From contig JAEUTA010000031.1 in assembly GCA_016788205.1 (NCBI GenBank), positions 42,576 through 106,575 of the forward strand: 64,000 nt of DNA, given 5' to 3'. Under the pieces are notes generated by a model. The model did not search any database, was not told the origin of the DNA, and saw only the letters and a program-made list of their open reading frames with translations. Below, piece by piece: positions 1-12,849 of the stretch (positions are counted from its first letter, which is position 1; each line of letters begins with the position of its first letter). Made by a program: the position numbers and the translations under genes. Source of the stretch: Flavobacteriales bacterium. GTDB taxonomy: Bacteria > Bacteroidota > Bacteroidia > Flavobacteriales_F > PHOS-HE28.

Positions 1-584
1 GGTTTGGTCACCTTGTCGCGGATGGTCGCGAAGTCGGGGATCAGGCCGATGTACCAGAACACGAGCGATACGCTGAAGTAGGTCGAGATCGCGAACACGT
101 CCCACAACAACGGGCTGTTGAAGTTGGTCCAGAGCGAACCGTACTGGTTCGGAAGCGGGAACACCCAGTAACCCACCCACAGACGACCCATGTGGATCAG
201 CGGGAAGGTACCGGCCATGATCACCGCGAAGATGGTCATGGCTTCCGCCGAGCGGTTCACGGCCATCCGCCACTTCTGACGGAACAACAACAACACGGCG
301 CTGATCAGTGTGCCGGCGTGACCGATACCCACCCACCAAACGAAGTTGGTGATGTCCCAGGCCCAATCCACCGTCTTGTTCAAACCCCATGTACCGATGC
401 CCTTACTTAGCAAGTACATGATGCAGCCTACGCCGTAAAGGGCGATCAGGCCTGCGATGGTGATGAGCACATACCAGCCACGGGGCGCCTTGTTCTCGAT
501 CGGACCTACGATATCATTGGTGATATCATGGTAGGTCTTGTGACCCAGGATGAGCGGTTCGCGGATCGCTGCTTCTGCGTGCAT
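1..584 (-). CDS. actC: Alternative complex III subunit ActC, an NrfD/PsrC-like polytopic membrane protein. N-terminal part only; the gene runs off the window start.
   Basis: The minus-strand translation begins MHAEAAIREPLILGHKTYHDITNDIVGPIENKAPRGWYVLITIAGLIALYG... and contains WWVGIGHAGTLISAVLLLFRQKWR, typical of the NrfD family. It sits immediately downstream of actB. There is no stop inside the window, so the six-frame track missed it. Confidence 0.85.
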   Translation of the reverse strand, partial: MHAEAAIREPLILGHKTYHDITNDIVGPIENKAPRGWYVLITIAGLIALYGVGCIMYLLSKGIGTWGLNKTVDWAWDITNFVWWVGIGHAGTLISAVLLLFRQKWRMAVNRSAEAMTIFAVIMAGTFPLIHMGRLWVGYWVFPLPNQYGSLWTNFNSPLLWDVFAISTYFSVSLVFWYIGLIPDFATIRDKVTK

Positions 585-601
585 GGTTCCTAATTCGTTG
601 C

Positions 602-3799
<3,198 letters not shown>

Positions 3800-3815
3800 G
3801 CGGCGCGCGGTGTTC

Positions 3816-5216
3816 TTAGTAGTGACACTTGGCGCATTCCCAGCCGCCAAGCTCCTTCACACTGATCTTCTCGTCCTCCAGGTACTTCTTCAATTCTTCG
3901 TGGCCCATGTCGGTATCCTCCAAGCGGGCCATGATCTCGTCGTAGTAGCCGTTGCCGGCCATCTTCACATCCTTGGTATTGTGGCAGTCGATGCACCAGC
4001 CCATGGTGAGGGGCGCCCACTGCTCGGCCACGTCCATCTTCTCGTCGATGGGACCATGGCACTCCTGGCACTCCAGCTTGCCCACGGAAACGTGCTGCTG
4101 GTGGTTGAAGTAGGCGTGGTCCGGCAGGTTGTGCACCTTCACCCACTTCACGGGTTCGGGCTTGCCGGTGTAGGCCTTGCCGTCCCAACCCACGGCCGCG
4201 TAGATCTTGGCGATCTCCTTGGTGCCTTCGGGTGTACGGCCTTCGTTCACCGCACTGTGGCAGTTCATGCACACGTTGGTGCTGGGGATGCCCGCGTGTT
4301 TGCTCTTCTCGGCGCTACTGTGGCAATACTGGCAGTTGATGGCCAGGTTGCCCTTGTCGGCCTTGCCCGCGTGCAGGGTGTGGTTGAAGAGGATGGGCTG
4401 TTCGGGCTTGTAATGTGGCACTTCATCACCACCGTACACACCGATCACGAAAGCGGCATCCCATAGTTTCAGGATGAGGAAAACCACGATGAACAAGCCG
4501 AGGATGCTGGCAGCCGCTTTATTGTGCCAGGCCCAGTTGCGCAGGCGCTGGCCGAAGCTCATGTCCGGCTCCGGCTCTTTGCCTTCCGCTTCGCGGACCG
4601 CGTTGTTGAGGCTGCGCTTGACGCCGCTGAGGCTGAGCCCTACAACGAGCAGCAATAGGGCGATGACAACGAGCCAGGGCCAGTTGGAAGTTTCGCCCCC
4701 TGGAGTGACCGTTGTGGGATCCGGCCCCTTGGGAACAGGGGGCACGTACGCATCCGCATACGCCAGCACCGCATCGATCTCCTCGTCCGTGAGGGTTTGC
4801 GCGGTCATCACGCTCTTGTTCCACTTCGCGAACAGTTCCGTGGCATACGGATTGCCGGTCTTCAAATAAGCCGAGCTGTTCTTCACCCAGGCATGGATAT
4901 CGCCCTTCCCTTCCCAGCGCGCTTTGGCGCCTTTCAGGGCGGGACCGGTCATGTCCTTATCGGGCTTGTGGCAGCTGGCACAGTTCCCTTTGAACAGCTT
5001 TTCTCCGTCCGGTTGCGCGAAGGCCACCGTGGCGAAGAGGAACAAGAAGACTGATAGGGAAATGTTAAAGAGCCCGGGGGAACGTTCTGAAATCCTTGCT
5101 ACAAGCGGCATTCCGAGCATTTTAGAAGGGACAACCATCCGTTTGTCCGGCCGCAAAAATAGCCAGCGGACCAATTGGGGGATAGCCGGTTGACGTGCTT
5201 GCCACAGCGATGTCAC
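3816..5216 (-). CDS. actA: Alternative complex III cytochrome c subunit ActA. Six CxxCH motifs: an N-terminal class-I-like cytochrome c domain, two TM helices, then a pentaheme domain.
   Basis: CxxCH motifs: CASCH, CQYCH, CMNCH, CQECH, CIDCH, CAKCH. Signal/anchor segment LSVFLFLFATVAFAQ and hydrophobic helices WLVVIALLLLVVGLSL and ILGLFIVVFLIL. Directly upstream of actB. Confidence 0.85.
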   Translation of the reverse strand: MTSLWQARQPAIPQLVRWLFLRPDKRMVVPSKMLGMPLVARISERSPGLFNISLSVFLFLFATVAFAQPDGEKLFKGNCASCHKPDKDMTGPALKGAKARWEGKGDIHAWVKNSSAYLKTGNPYATELFAKWNKSVMTAQTLTDEEIDAVLAYADAYVPPVPKGPDPTTVTPGGETSNWPWLVVIALLLLVVGLSLSGVKRSLNNAVREAEGKEPEPDMSFGQRLRNWAWHNKAAASILGLFIVVFLILKLWDAAFVIGVYGGDEVPHYKPEQPILFNHTLHAGKADKGNLAINCQYCHSSAEKSKHAGIPSTNVCMNCHSAVNEGRTPEGTKEIAKIYAAVGWDGKAYTGKPEPVKWVKVHNLPDHAYFNHQQHVSVGKLECQECHGPIDEKMDVAEQWAPLTMGWCIDCHNTKDVKMAGNGYYDEIMARLEDTDMGHEELKKYLEDEKISVKELGGWECAKCHY

Positions 5217-5303
5217 TATTTAGAGCGCTTCTAAATAATAAGCACACTGCGACGTCGTTCGCGGCGGCTTCATCCCTCCGGCCTGCGGCATACTTTTGGC
5301 CTC
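5217..5303. promoter_or_regulatory. Divergent intergenic region between the ACIII operon and the SPOR gene. Carries the imperfect inverted repeat TTAGAG-CGC-TTCTAA (5218-5232) and an AT-rich stretch.
   Basis: Read directly from the sequence. Both flanking genes start here, so promoters for both strands are expected. Confidence 0.3.
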
Positions 5304-5750
5304 GTGCCGTTGATGCGATCCGCCGTTATTCTCTTGATCTTTTGTGCGCCGTTCGTGTGCACTGCGCAGGCTGACCTCGGGCCCATGCCAGGCCAAGGGT
5401 TGGCGGTCGATTCGCCGTCCACGGACCGCACCGGCGATGTGGTGGTCAAGATCACACCGGAGATCAGCAAGCTGTTGAACGCTTATAGCGAGCACAAACA
5501 TGTGCAGAAGGGCTATCGCGTGCAGATCTTCCTTGGGGATCGTGCCACCGCCGAGGCCACGAAACGCTCCTTCCTCCAGAAGAACCCGGATATAGCTGCT
5601 TACCTAAGCTGGTTGGCACCGAACTTCCGGTTGCGGGTAGGCGATCTGCGCACCCGTTTGGAAGCCGAGCATCTGCTGCGCGATATGAAGGTCTTGTATC
5701 CCGGTAGCTACATCGTGCCGGACGAGATCGAGATGCCGCGAGTGGATTGA
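5304..5750 (+). CDS. SPOR-domain (peptidoglycan-binding) secreted protein.
   Basis: Signal peptide MPLMRSAVILLIFCAPFVCTAQA. The C-terminus matches the SPOR fold consensus (GYRVQIFLG...FRLRVGDLRTRLEAEHLLRDMKVLYPGSYIV). Confidence 0.7.
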   Translation: MPLMRSAVILLIFCAPFVCTAQADLGPMPGQGLAVDSPSTDRTGDVVVKITPEISKLLNAYSEHKHVQKGYRVQIFLGDRATAEATKRSFLQKNPDIAAYLSWLAPNFRLRVGDLRTRLEAEHLLRDMKVLYPGSYIVPDEIEMPRVD

Positions 5751-5837
5751 GTTTGTACGGTCGAGGCTGGATTGATCGATCGTTCGGGGACGATCATTCG
5801 ATAGCGTGTGACTAACTTCTGTTCAGATTGACGACTT

Positions 5838-6176
5838 ATGCGACTCCGACTACGGAATGCTTGGATCATACTGATCGGCTGCTCGGCTGTGATCAGCGCC
5901 CTCGTCATACTTGGGACAACGACCGGGTGGTCATCGTTGTTGCCACCATCTGATTTGCATGCTCGATCATGGATATCTCCAGCAATGGTGGGCGTCCTAG
6001 CGCTGGCACTTTGGTTCATTTCATTTGTAGCCATCGTATGGGGAAAACGAATCCCCGCTGATCCGCAGAAACCTGAGCTGGGCTCCATCATCTCAGCGTT
6101 CATCTTGCAACGTTCATCCAGGCCTTCGTCCCGATCAGGGACGTCCACCTCCACAAAAGGCACGAAAACGAAATGA
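5838..6176 (+). CDS. Hypothetical small membrane protein with two predicted TM helices.
   Basis: 112 aa ORF with hydrophobic segments IILIGCSAVISALVILG and VGVLALALWFISFVAIVWG, ending just inside the terminator hairpin. No recognisable family. Confidence 0.35.
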   Translation: MRLRLRNAWIILIGCSAVISALVILGTTTGWSSLLPPSDLHARSWISPAMVGVLALALWFISFVAIVWGKRIPADPQKPELGSIISAFILQRSSRPSSRSGTSTSTKGTKTK

Positions 6177-6214
6177 AGAAGGCCGGTTCATTTGAACCGG
6201 CCTTCTTCATTTTC
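6173..6214. terminator. Bidirectional rho-independent terminator between convergent genes.
   Basis: An essentially perfect ~16-18 bp inverted repeat, ATGAAGAAGGCCGGTTCA / TGAACCGGCCTTCTTCAT, flanked by an A-run on the 5' side and TTTT on the 3' side. It lies between the end of the + gene (6176) and the end of infB (6228). Confidence 0.75.
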
Positions 6215-6227
6215 CGATCGTCTCCGA

Positions 6228-8978
6228 TCAATCGTTCAGCGTGCGCTTCACCTCTTCGATGGTGAACGCTTCCACCACGTCGCCGACCTTGATATCGTTG
6301 AAGTTCTTGATGCTGAGGCCGCACTCGTAACCGTGTGTCACCTCCTTCACCTCGTCCTTGAAACGCTTCAGCGCATCGAGGTCGCCGGTGTAGACCACGA
6401 TGCCATCGCGGATGAGGCGAACCCTGTTCTTGCGCTCCAATTTGCCATCGAGCACGTAGCAACCGGCAACGGTGCCCACTTTGCTGATCTTGAAGACCTC
6501 GCGTACCTCGGCGGAACCCACCACCTTCTCCACTTCCTTCGGTGCGAGCATGCCTTCCATGGCCTGCTTGATCTCTTCGATCGCCGCGTAGATGATGGAG
6601 TAGAGGCGGATATCGATCTCTTCGGTCTCGGCGAGTTTGCGCGCTCCCGGTGTCGGACGCACCTGGAAACCGATTACGATGGCGTTCGAAGCCGTTGCCA
6701 GCAACACGTCGCTCTCCGCGATAGGACCCACGGCGCGGTGGATCACGTTCACCTTGATCTGTTCGGTGCTCAGCTTCAACAGCGAATCGGTGAGGGCTTC
6801 CACGGAACCATCCACGTCGCCTTTGACGATGAGGTTGAGCTCCTTGAAGTCGCCGATCGCGAGACGACGGCCGATCTCGTCCAGCGTGATGTGCTTGTGC
6901 GTACGGATACCCTGTTCGCGCTGAAGCTGTGTGCGGCGAGTAGCGATCGTGCGTGCATCGCGTTCGTCCTCGAACACCTGGAACGTATCGCCCGCGTTAG
7001 GCGCGCCGTCCAGACCAAGGATCGACACCGGTGTTGAAGGCGGCGCCTCCGTGACCTGCTGTCCGCGTTCGTTGAACATGTTACGCACGCGGCCACTGTA
7101 TTGGCCGGCGAGGATGATGTCCCCTTTGCGCAGCGTACCGGCATCAACGAGCAAGGTGGTGACGTAACCACGACCCTGTTCGAGCGTGCTTTCAATGACC
7201 ACACCGTGCGCGCGTTTGCCTGGATCGGCTTTCAAGTCGAGCAGTTCGGATTCGAGCAGCACTTTCTCCAGCAGCTGTTCGATGCCTGTTCCCTTCTTCG
7301 CGCTGATCTCCTGGGTCTGGAACTTACCGCCCCATTCCTCCACAAGGATGTTCATCTGCGAGAGCTCCTCGCGGATCTTCTCGGCGTTGGCGCCGGGCTT
7401 GTCGATCTTGTTGAAGGCGAAGACCATGGGCACACCAGCCGCCTGGGCGTGGTTGATGGCTTCGCGCGTCTGCGGCATCACACTGTCGTCCGCCGCCACC
7501 ACGATGATGGCGATGTCGGTGACCTGCGCACCACGCGCACGCATGGCGGTGAACGCTTCGTGACCCGGGGTATCCAGGAAGGTGATCTTCTTGCCGCTCT
7601 CCAGTTGCACACCATACGCACCGATGTGCTGGGTGATACCACCTGCTTCACCGGCGATCACGTTGGCCTTGCGGATGTAATCGAGCAGCGAGGTCTTACC
7701 ATGGTCGACGTGACCCATCACCGTGACGATCGGCGGACGAGCGGTGACGCGCTCTGCCACGTCAGCTTCTTCGGGGATGTCCTGCTGCACATCGGCACCG
7801 ACGAACTCCACCTTGAAACCATATTCCTCGGCGATCACGGCGAGGGTCTCCGCATCGAGGCGCTGGTTGATGCTCACCATCATGCCGAGCGCGAAGCAGG
7901 CCTTGATGATGTCGGTCACGGGCACGCTCATCATGCTCGCCAGTTCGCTCGCGGTCACGAATTCGGTAACCTTCAACGTCATGCCGGCCAGTTCCTTGGC
8001 GGCTTGTTCTTCTTCGTAACGACGGCCTCGTTGATCGCGTTTCTCGCGACGCAACTTGGCGCCTTTGCTCTTGCTGCCGGTAAGGCGGGCGAGCGTTTCG
8101 CTCACCTTCTTCTTCACCGCGTTCTCATCCAACTCGCCGGGACGGCCGGTGCTTGGCGTGCTGCGTTGCTCTTGTTGAACGGCGCGGTCCACGTTGACCG
8201 GTCCGGGCTTCACGATGCGCTTGCGGCGACCACGTTCGTTATCGGAACCGGGGCGCTCGGCTGGCTTGCGCTCCTTCTCCACCGGCAGTTCGATCTTGCC
8301 GAGGGTCTTCAGGCCCGCGAGCTTCTGCACGTTCACCCGGATGGTCTCCGGTTCGGCGGGAGCGGCGGGAGCAGATGGCGTTGTCGCCGCCGCGGCCACC
8401 GGCGTGACCGGTTCTGCAGGGGCTGGGGTAGCCGGCCCAACTGCGGGTACTTCCTTGGCAGCAGCTTTCGGGGCCTCTACTTCGCTGGCTTTCTTGGCTG
8501 ACTTCTTTGGCGCGTCGAGGTCGATCTTGCCTACTGTCTTGGGGCCTGCGGTCTTCTCGGCGCGTGCCTTGATCACCTCGGGTTCATTCGTCCCCTTCAC
8601 AGGTTCGATGGGAGCCGGAGGTTGTACAGGCTCTTCGGCTTTCGGCACAGCGGGCGCAGGGGGTGGCGGGGCAGGTACCACGGGCGCAGGTTCCTGCTTC
8701 GGTTTCGGCACCTCCTTCACCGGAGCGGCATGGCTCAACGAGATGGTCTCCCGTTCCTGGCGCTGCTGCACGGTGGCCTTGCTCTGCTCCTTGATGGCCT
8801 TGTCCGTGCCGAACTCCGCCTGGAGCAGCTCGTACAGGTCATTCGGGATCTTGGTGTTGGGATTGCTCTCCACCTTGTGTCCCTTCTTCTCGAGGAACTC
8901 CACGACGGTGTGCAACCCCTGGTTGAATTCCCGGGCCACCTTGCTCAATCGCAATCCCTTATCGGTCGTTTCACTCAT
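6228..8978 (-). CDS. infB: Translation initiation factor IF-2.
   Basis: G-domain motifs ([24 protein letters not shown]). Pro/Ala-rich low-complexity N-terminus. Lies downstream of nusA. Confidence 0.97.
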   Translation of the reverse strand: MSETTDKGLRLSKVAREFNQGLHTVVEFLEKKGHKVESNPNTKIPNDLYELLQAEFGTDKAIKEQSKATVQQRQERETISLSHAAPVKEVPKPKQEPAPVVPAPPPPAPAVPKAEEPVQPPAPIEPVKGTNEPEVIKARAEKTAGPKTVGKIDLDAPKKSAKKASEVEAPKAAAKEVPAVGPATPAPAEPVTPVAAAATTPSAPAAPAEPETIRVNVQKLAGLKTLGKIELPVEKERKPAERPGSDNERGRRKRIVKPGPVNVDRAVQQEQRSTPSTGRPGELDENAVKKKVSETLARLTGSKSKGAKLRREKRDQRGRRYEEEQAAKELAGMTLKVTEFVTASELASMMSVPVTDIIKACFALGMMVSINQRLDAETLAVIAEEYGFKVEFVGADVQQDIPEEADVAERVTARPPIVTVMGHVDHGKTSLLDYIRKANVIAGEAGGITQHIGAYGVQLESGKKITFLDTPGHEAFTAMRARGAQVTDIAIIVVAADDSVMPQTREAINHAQAAGVPMVFAFNKIDKPGANAEKIREELSQMNILVEEWGGKFQTQEISAKKGTGIEQLLEKVLLESELLDLKADPGKRAHGVVIESTLEQGRGYVTTLLVDAGTLRKGDIILAGQYSGRVRNMFNERGQQVTEAPPSTPVSILGLDGAPNAGDTFQVFEDERDARTIATRRTQLQREQGIRTHKHITLDEIGRRLAIGDFKELNLIVKGDVDGSVEALTDSLLKLSTEQIKVNVIHRAVGPIAESDVLLATASNAIVIGFQVRPTPGARKLAETEEIDIRLYSIIYAAIEEIKQAMEGMLAPKEVEKVVGSAEVREVFKISKVGTVAGCYVLDGKLERKNRVRLIRDGIVVYTGDLDALKRFKDEVKEVTHGYECGLSIKNFNDIKVGDVVEAFTIEEVKRTLND

Positions 8979-9063
8979 GCACTACGCTGTTGGCCTTCCT
9001 TTCTTCCTGTGCGATCGGGGATCGCGGTTCGTTCCTTTCAAAATACCGTGCTGATGCGTTGCA

Positions 9064-10302
9064 TCAACCCTCCAATTCCTTCTTCAGAATGCGGCGCACC
9101 TCGTCGATGGTCTCCTCCTCCAGATCAGTGCGTTTCACCAATTCTTCCACGGAGAGATCCAACACGTTGCGGGCAGTGTCGCACCCGATCTTCTTGAACT
9201 CGTCAATGATCCACTCGTCGATCTCATCATAGAATTCATCCAGGCTCACGTCGTCGCTTACCTCGTCGGTATCCCGGTACACGTCGATATCGAACCCGGT
9301 GAGCTTGCCGGCCAGCTTGATGTTGTGGCCGCCCTTGCCGATGGCGAGCGCCACCTGATCAGGTTTCATGTACACCTCGGCGCGCTTGTGCTCCTGGTCC
9401 AATTTGATGTCGCCCACCTTGGCAGGGCTCAACGCACGTTGGATGAGCAGTTGCTCGTTGTTGGTGAAGTTGATCACATCGATGTTCTCGTTGCGCAGCT
9501 CGCGCACGATGCCATGGATGCGCGAACCCTTCATGCCCACGCAAGCGCCTACCGGATCGATACGGTCGTCATAACTCTCCACGGCGACCTTGGCGCGCTC
9601 GCCCGGTTCGCGCACGATACGCTTGATGGTGATGAGGCCATCGGCCACTTCGGGCACTTCCTGCTCGAACAATTTCTCCAGGAATTCCGGTGCGGTGCGG
9701 CTGAGGATGACGACGGGCGTGTTGTTACGCATCTCCACCTTCCACACCACGGCGCGCACGTTGTCGCCCTTCTTGAAGAAATCCGTCTTGATCTGCTGAT
9801 CCTTGGGCATGATCAGCTCGTTGCCCTCATCATCCAGGATCAGCGTTTCGCGCTTCCAGATCTGGTACACCTCGCCGGTGATGATCTCGCCAACGCGCTC
9901 CGCGTACTTCTTGTACAGGTGATCCTTCTCCAACTCCATGATCCGGCCCTGGAGGTTCTGCTTCAAGGAGAGGATGTTGCGGCGGCCGAAGTCCTCGATC
10001 TTCACTTCCTGGCTCACCTCCTCACCCACCTCGAAGTCGGGCTCGATCTTGCGCGCCTCGCTCAGTTCGATGTCCAAGTTGTCGTCTTCGCTGAAGCCGT
10101 CCTCAACGATCACGCGATTCAACCACACTTCAAGGTCGCCCTTGTCCGGGTTGATGATGATGTCCACCTTGGCTTCCTCTCCGAAGCGCTTCTTCACGAC
10201 ACCGCGGAAAACATCCTCCATGATGCCCATCATGGTTACGCGGTCGATGTTCTTGTTGTCCTTGAATTCACCGAAGGACTCGAGGAGATTCACAGTGGCC
10301 AT
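9064..10302 (-). CDS. nusA: Transcription termination/antitermination factor NusA.
   Basis: 412 aa with an N-terminal NusA domain, S1 and KH domains (GACVGMKGSRIHGIVRELRNENIDVI). Canonical position between rimP and infB. Confidence 0.95.
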   Translation of the reverse strand: MATVNLLESFGEFKDNKNIDRVTMMGIMEDVFRGVVKKRFGEEAKVDIIINPDKGDLEVWLNRVIVEDGFSEDDNLDIELSEARKIEPDFEVGEEVSQEVKIEDFGRRNILSLKQNLQGRIMELEKDHLYKKYAERVGEIITGEVYQIWKRETLILDDEGNELIMPKDQQIKTDFFKKGDNVRAVVWKVEMRNNTPVVILSRTAPEFLEKLFEQEVPEVADGLITIKRIVREPGERAKVAVESYDDRIDPVGACVGMKGSRIHGIVRELRNENIDVINFTNNEQLLIQRALSPAKVGDIKLDQEHKRAEVYMKPDQVALAIGKGGHNIKLAGKLTGFDIDVYRDTDEVSDDVSLDEFYDEIDEWIIDEFKKIGCDTARNVLDLSVEELVKRTDLEEETIDEVRRILKKELEG

Positions 10303-10309
10303 TGTGTGG

Positions 10310-10774
10310 TCAATTGAATGTGATGCTTGCTTTGGTGGCGCGGATCTCCGCTGCCGGTATCGTGGTGATCTCGGCGTCCAGCTTGGGTAGACGACCCTTC
10401 ACCTTGCTGGGGTGTTGGATGCGCAGGTCCAGGCTGTTCCCGTCGTATCGCTCTAGTTTCCCTTCCAACGTGCGGCCGTCGGCCAGATCCACCAGCACGA
10501 GGCGGCCAGTGTGTTTTTGGTATTGCCGCTCCACCTTAAAGGGGCGGCCCATGCCCGGGCTGCTGAATTGGAACTCGCAATCGTCGGCCGCATCGCCAAG
10601 TTGTTCCCGCACGGCCTTGTTCAGGTTGGCCAGCTCTTGCAGGGTGATGGCCCGGTCGTTATCCACCTCTACCACCACTTTATTGCCCGGCCGCACCTCC
10701 ACCGCCACCACGAAATGTGATGTTCCCTGGAGGTGTTCCTCCACGCTATTCCGCACCTGTTCTACGCTGACCAT
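10310..10774 (-). CDS. rimP: Ribosome maturation factor RimP.
   Basis: RimP-like sequence (...AVEVRPGNKVVVEVDNDRAITLQELANLNKAVREQL...) upstream of nusA. I chose the internal Met at 10774 (MVSVEQV); the 185 aa ORF extension is unlikely. Confidence 0.8.
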   Translation of the reverse strand: MVSVEQVRNSVEEHLQGTSHFVVAVEVRPGNKVVVEVDNDRAITLQELANLNKAVREQLGDAADDCEFQFSSPGMGRPFKVERQYQKHTGRLVLVDLADGRTLEGKLERYDGNSLDLRIQHPSKVKGRLPKLDAEITTIPAAEIRATKASITFN

Positions 10775-10885
10775 GACCGACTTACGAACCACTTGGGAAC
10801 AAAAAAGAGGGGCGGTCCCCTCTTCCTCTTCCGCCGACTTACGGGGGCAAATGTAGGCATTTGGCACGGAACGCCGAACACTGGA

Positions 10886-12553
10886 TCAACGCCCCCCCGG
10901 TACTCCGCCACCACGTGGCTTTTCCCCTGCAGGAGGAAGGGCCTTCTTCACCTGTCCATCTTCGTACTCGGTGGTCTTCACCGGCCTTCCGTCGCTGCCG
11001 AAAACGGTCATGGTGCCATGCAGCCTGCCGTTGCGGTAGGTCATCTCCTGGATCACACGGCCCCGCTGATCATACACTTTGCACGGGCCATCGGGATCAC
11101 CATCGAGCAAGGTCTGCTCGCGCATCTTTACACCGGCATCATCGAAATAGGTCCATGCCCCAGTGGGCGTTCCGTTGCTGTAACTGCCTTCTGCCACGGC
11201 GATACCACTGATGTTATAAGTGACCCAGCGGCCGCTCTTCTTGCCGTCCAGGTAGACACCCTCCTCCTTCACACGGCCCCCGATCTCCTTGCCAGGCGGG
11301 CTTTCGGTGTAGAGCTTCCATGCTCCGTTCTTCAGATCGTCCTTGTAGTAACCCTCGAAGTCGGGTTGTCCATCGGGGAAGAAGCCGCGCCACAGGCCGT
11401 TCATGCGTCCGGCATTGAACGAACCGATGGCTTTCTGTGCGCCGGTCTCGAACCAGCTGCGCCATTCACCCTCTTCCTTGCCGTTCGCATAAGGGCCTTC
11501 CTGGAGTTTCTGTCCGCCCTCGTACCAAGTCGTCCATATCCCGTCCTTAACGCCTTGTTCGAAGGTGCCTTTCTTCCAGAACTGCCCGCCTTCGTAGAAG
11601 TAGACCCACTCCCCCTCTTCCTTGTCGGCGGCAAAGGCGCCGGTGGTACTGAGCTGGCCGTTCGAATACCAGTATTTCCAAACACCCTCGCGTAGCCCTG
11701 CTTTGAAAGGCCCTTCCTGGTCCTTCTTGCCCAGGGTGGTGTACCAGGTCCACACGCTATCCTTCAGCCCCTCTTTGTGCCAGCCTTCCACATTGAGCTG
11801 GCCGCTCCTGAACCAGAGTTCGTAGTGCCCATCCAGTTTACCTCCAGTGAAGGCATCCTTCTTTTCCAGCTTGTTGTTGGAGTACCAATAGGACCACTGG
11901 CCGTGCTTTTCGCCCTGCCGGAAGGCGCCTTTCGCCTTGGGGTTGCCTGCCGGGTACAGCTCCATGCAAGGCCCGTCCTTCAGTCCATTACTGATGGTGA
12001 ATTCTTCCAATACGGACCCGCTCGCGTAGTAGCTGCGCATGATACCATTGCCCTCCACCACCGTGGGCTTCCCCTCCCGATCCCATGCATCGCGAACGAG
12101 GATCGTACTATCCGTGTAGGTCTCCACCAGCAAAGGCACGCTGTCCGGGTTGTAGTAACGCCACTCCCCGATCTTCTTACCGCCCTTGTAAAGACCACGC
12201 TCCATGATGTCCCCATCGCTGTAACGCGATACCCGCAGGCTATCCTCCTTGCCGTAACGGAACCAGCCGTCATGATGCACGTTGCCATTGAGATGGAAGA
12301 TGCGCACACGTCCATGGCGCTCGCCCATTCGGAACTCAGCCTGCTCCAGTAGTCGGCCCTCCCGATCGTAGAACTTCCATTCATTCCACTCCCGGCCGTT
12401 CACCATAAGGCCCTCACTGCGCTTGATGGTCTTCTTCGCGTCCCAATGGTCCAGGAAAGGCTGTGCCCCTTGCGCACGCACATCCTGCCCCATGGCTGCA
12501 AGGAAAGCGACCACCGATGTGGCCAGGGAAAATCGCTGAGCAGAAAGACGCAT
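10886..12553 (-). CDS. Secreted MORN-repeat protein (YwqK-family-like), with about 20 tandem W/Y-rich repeats.
   Basis: Signal peptide MRLSAQRFSLATSVVAFLAAMG. After it, the unit G.W..Y..NG.L...G.Y..G...G.W (23 residues) repeats throughout. Start taken at 12553, not the ORF-track start at 12703. Confidence 0.75.
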   Translation of the reverse strand: MRLSAQRFSLATSVVAFLAAMGQDVRAQGAQPFLDHWDAKKTIKRSEGLMVNGREWNEWKFYDREGRLLEQAEFRMGERHGRVRIFHLNGNVHHDGWFRYGKEDSLRVSRYSDGDIMERGLYKGGKKIGEWRYYNPDSVPLLVETYTDSTILVRDAWDREGKPTVVEGNGIMRSYYASGSVLEEFTISNGLKDGPCMELYPAGNPKAKGAFRQGEKHGQWSYWYSNNKLEKKDAFTGGKLDGHYELWFRSGQLNVEGWHKEGLKDSVWTWYTTLGKKDQEGPFKAGLREGVWKYWYSNGQLSTTGAFAADKEEGEWVYFYEGGQFWKKGTFEQGVKDGIWTTWYEGGQKLQEGPYANGKEEGEWRSWFETGAQKAIGSFNAGRMNGLWRGFFPDGQPDFEGYYKDDLKNGAWKLYTESPPGKEIGGRVKEEGVYLDGKKSGRWVTYNISGIAVAEGSYSNGTPTGAWTYFDDAGVKMREQTLLDGDPDGPCKVYDQRGRVIQEMTYRNGRLHGTMTVFGSDGRPVKTTEYEDGQVKKALPPAGEKPRGGGVPGGR

Positions 12554-12849
12554 GATGAACGGGGGCGAAAGTAGCGTGGCGGGAAAGGAGCTCGGGATGT
12601 GCGCTATCGCTTCATGAACAACGCGATGTTGCAGTTGAACGTGTGACCCGACCAAGCTTCCCCGTCCAAAGGCCCCATGGTAAGCTATCTGCGCGACCGA
12701 CAATTGGGCATCCTGCTGTTCATCGCCTTGATGGGATTGGCCCTACTCGCCTGGCCGGCCTGAAGGGATCTTCATCAGGCCCTGGTACGATCCGCTCGAC
12801 CGCACTTGCTGACACGCCGGGCAGCCGGTAACGCCCCTAACTTTCGACC

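Noticed and set aside
7101-8501. A 466 aa plus-strand ORF antisense to infB.
   Set aside because: IF-2 on the minus strand is unambiguous, and the plus-strand product is low-complexity Gly/Ala/Arg.
9325-10317. A 330 aa plus-strand ORF antisense to nusA.
   Set aside because: It is a shadow ORF; NusA domains are on the minus strand.
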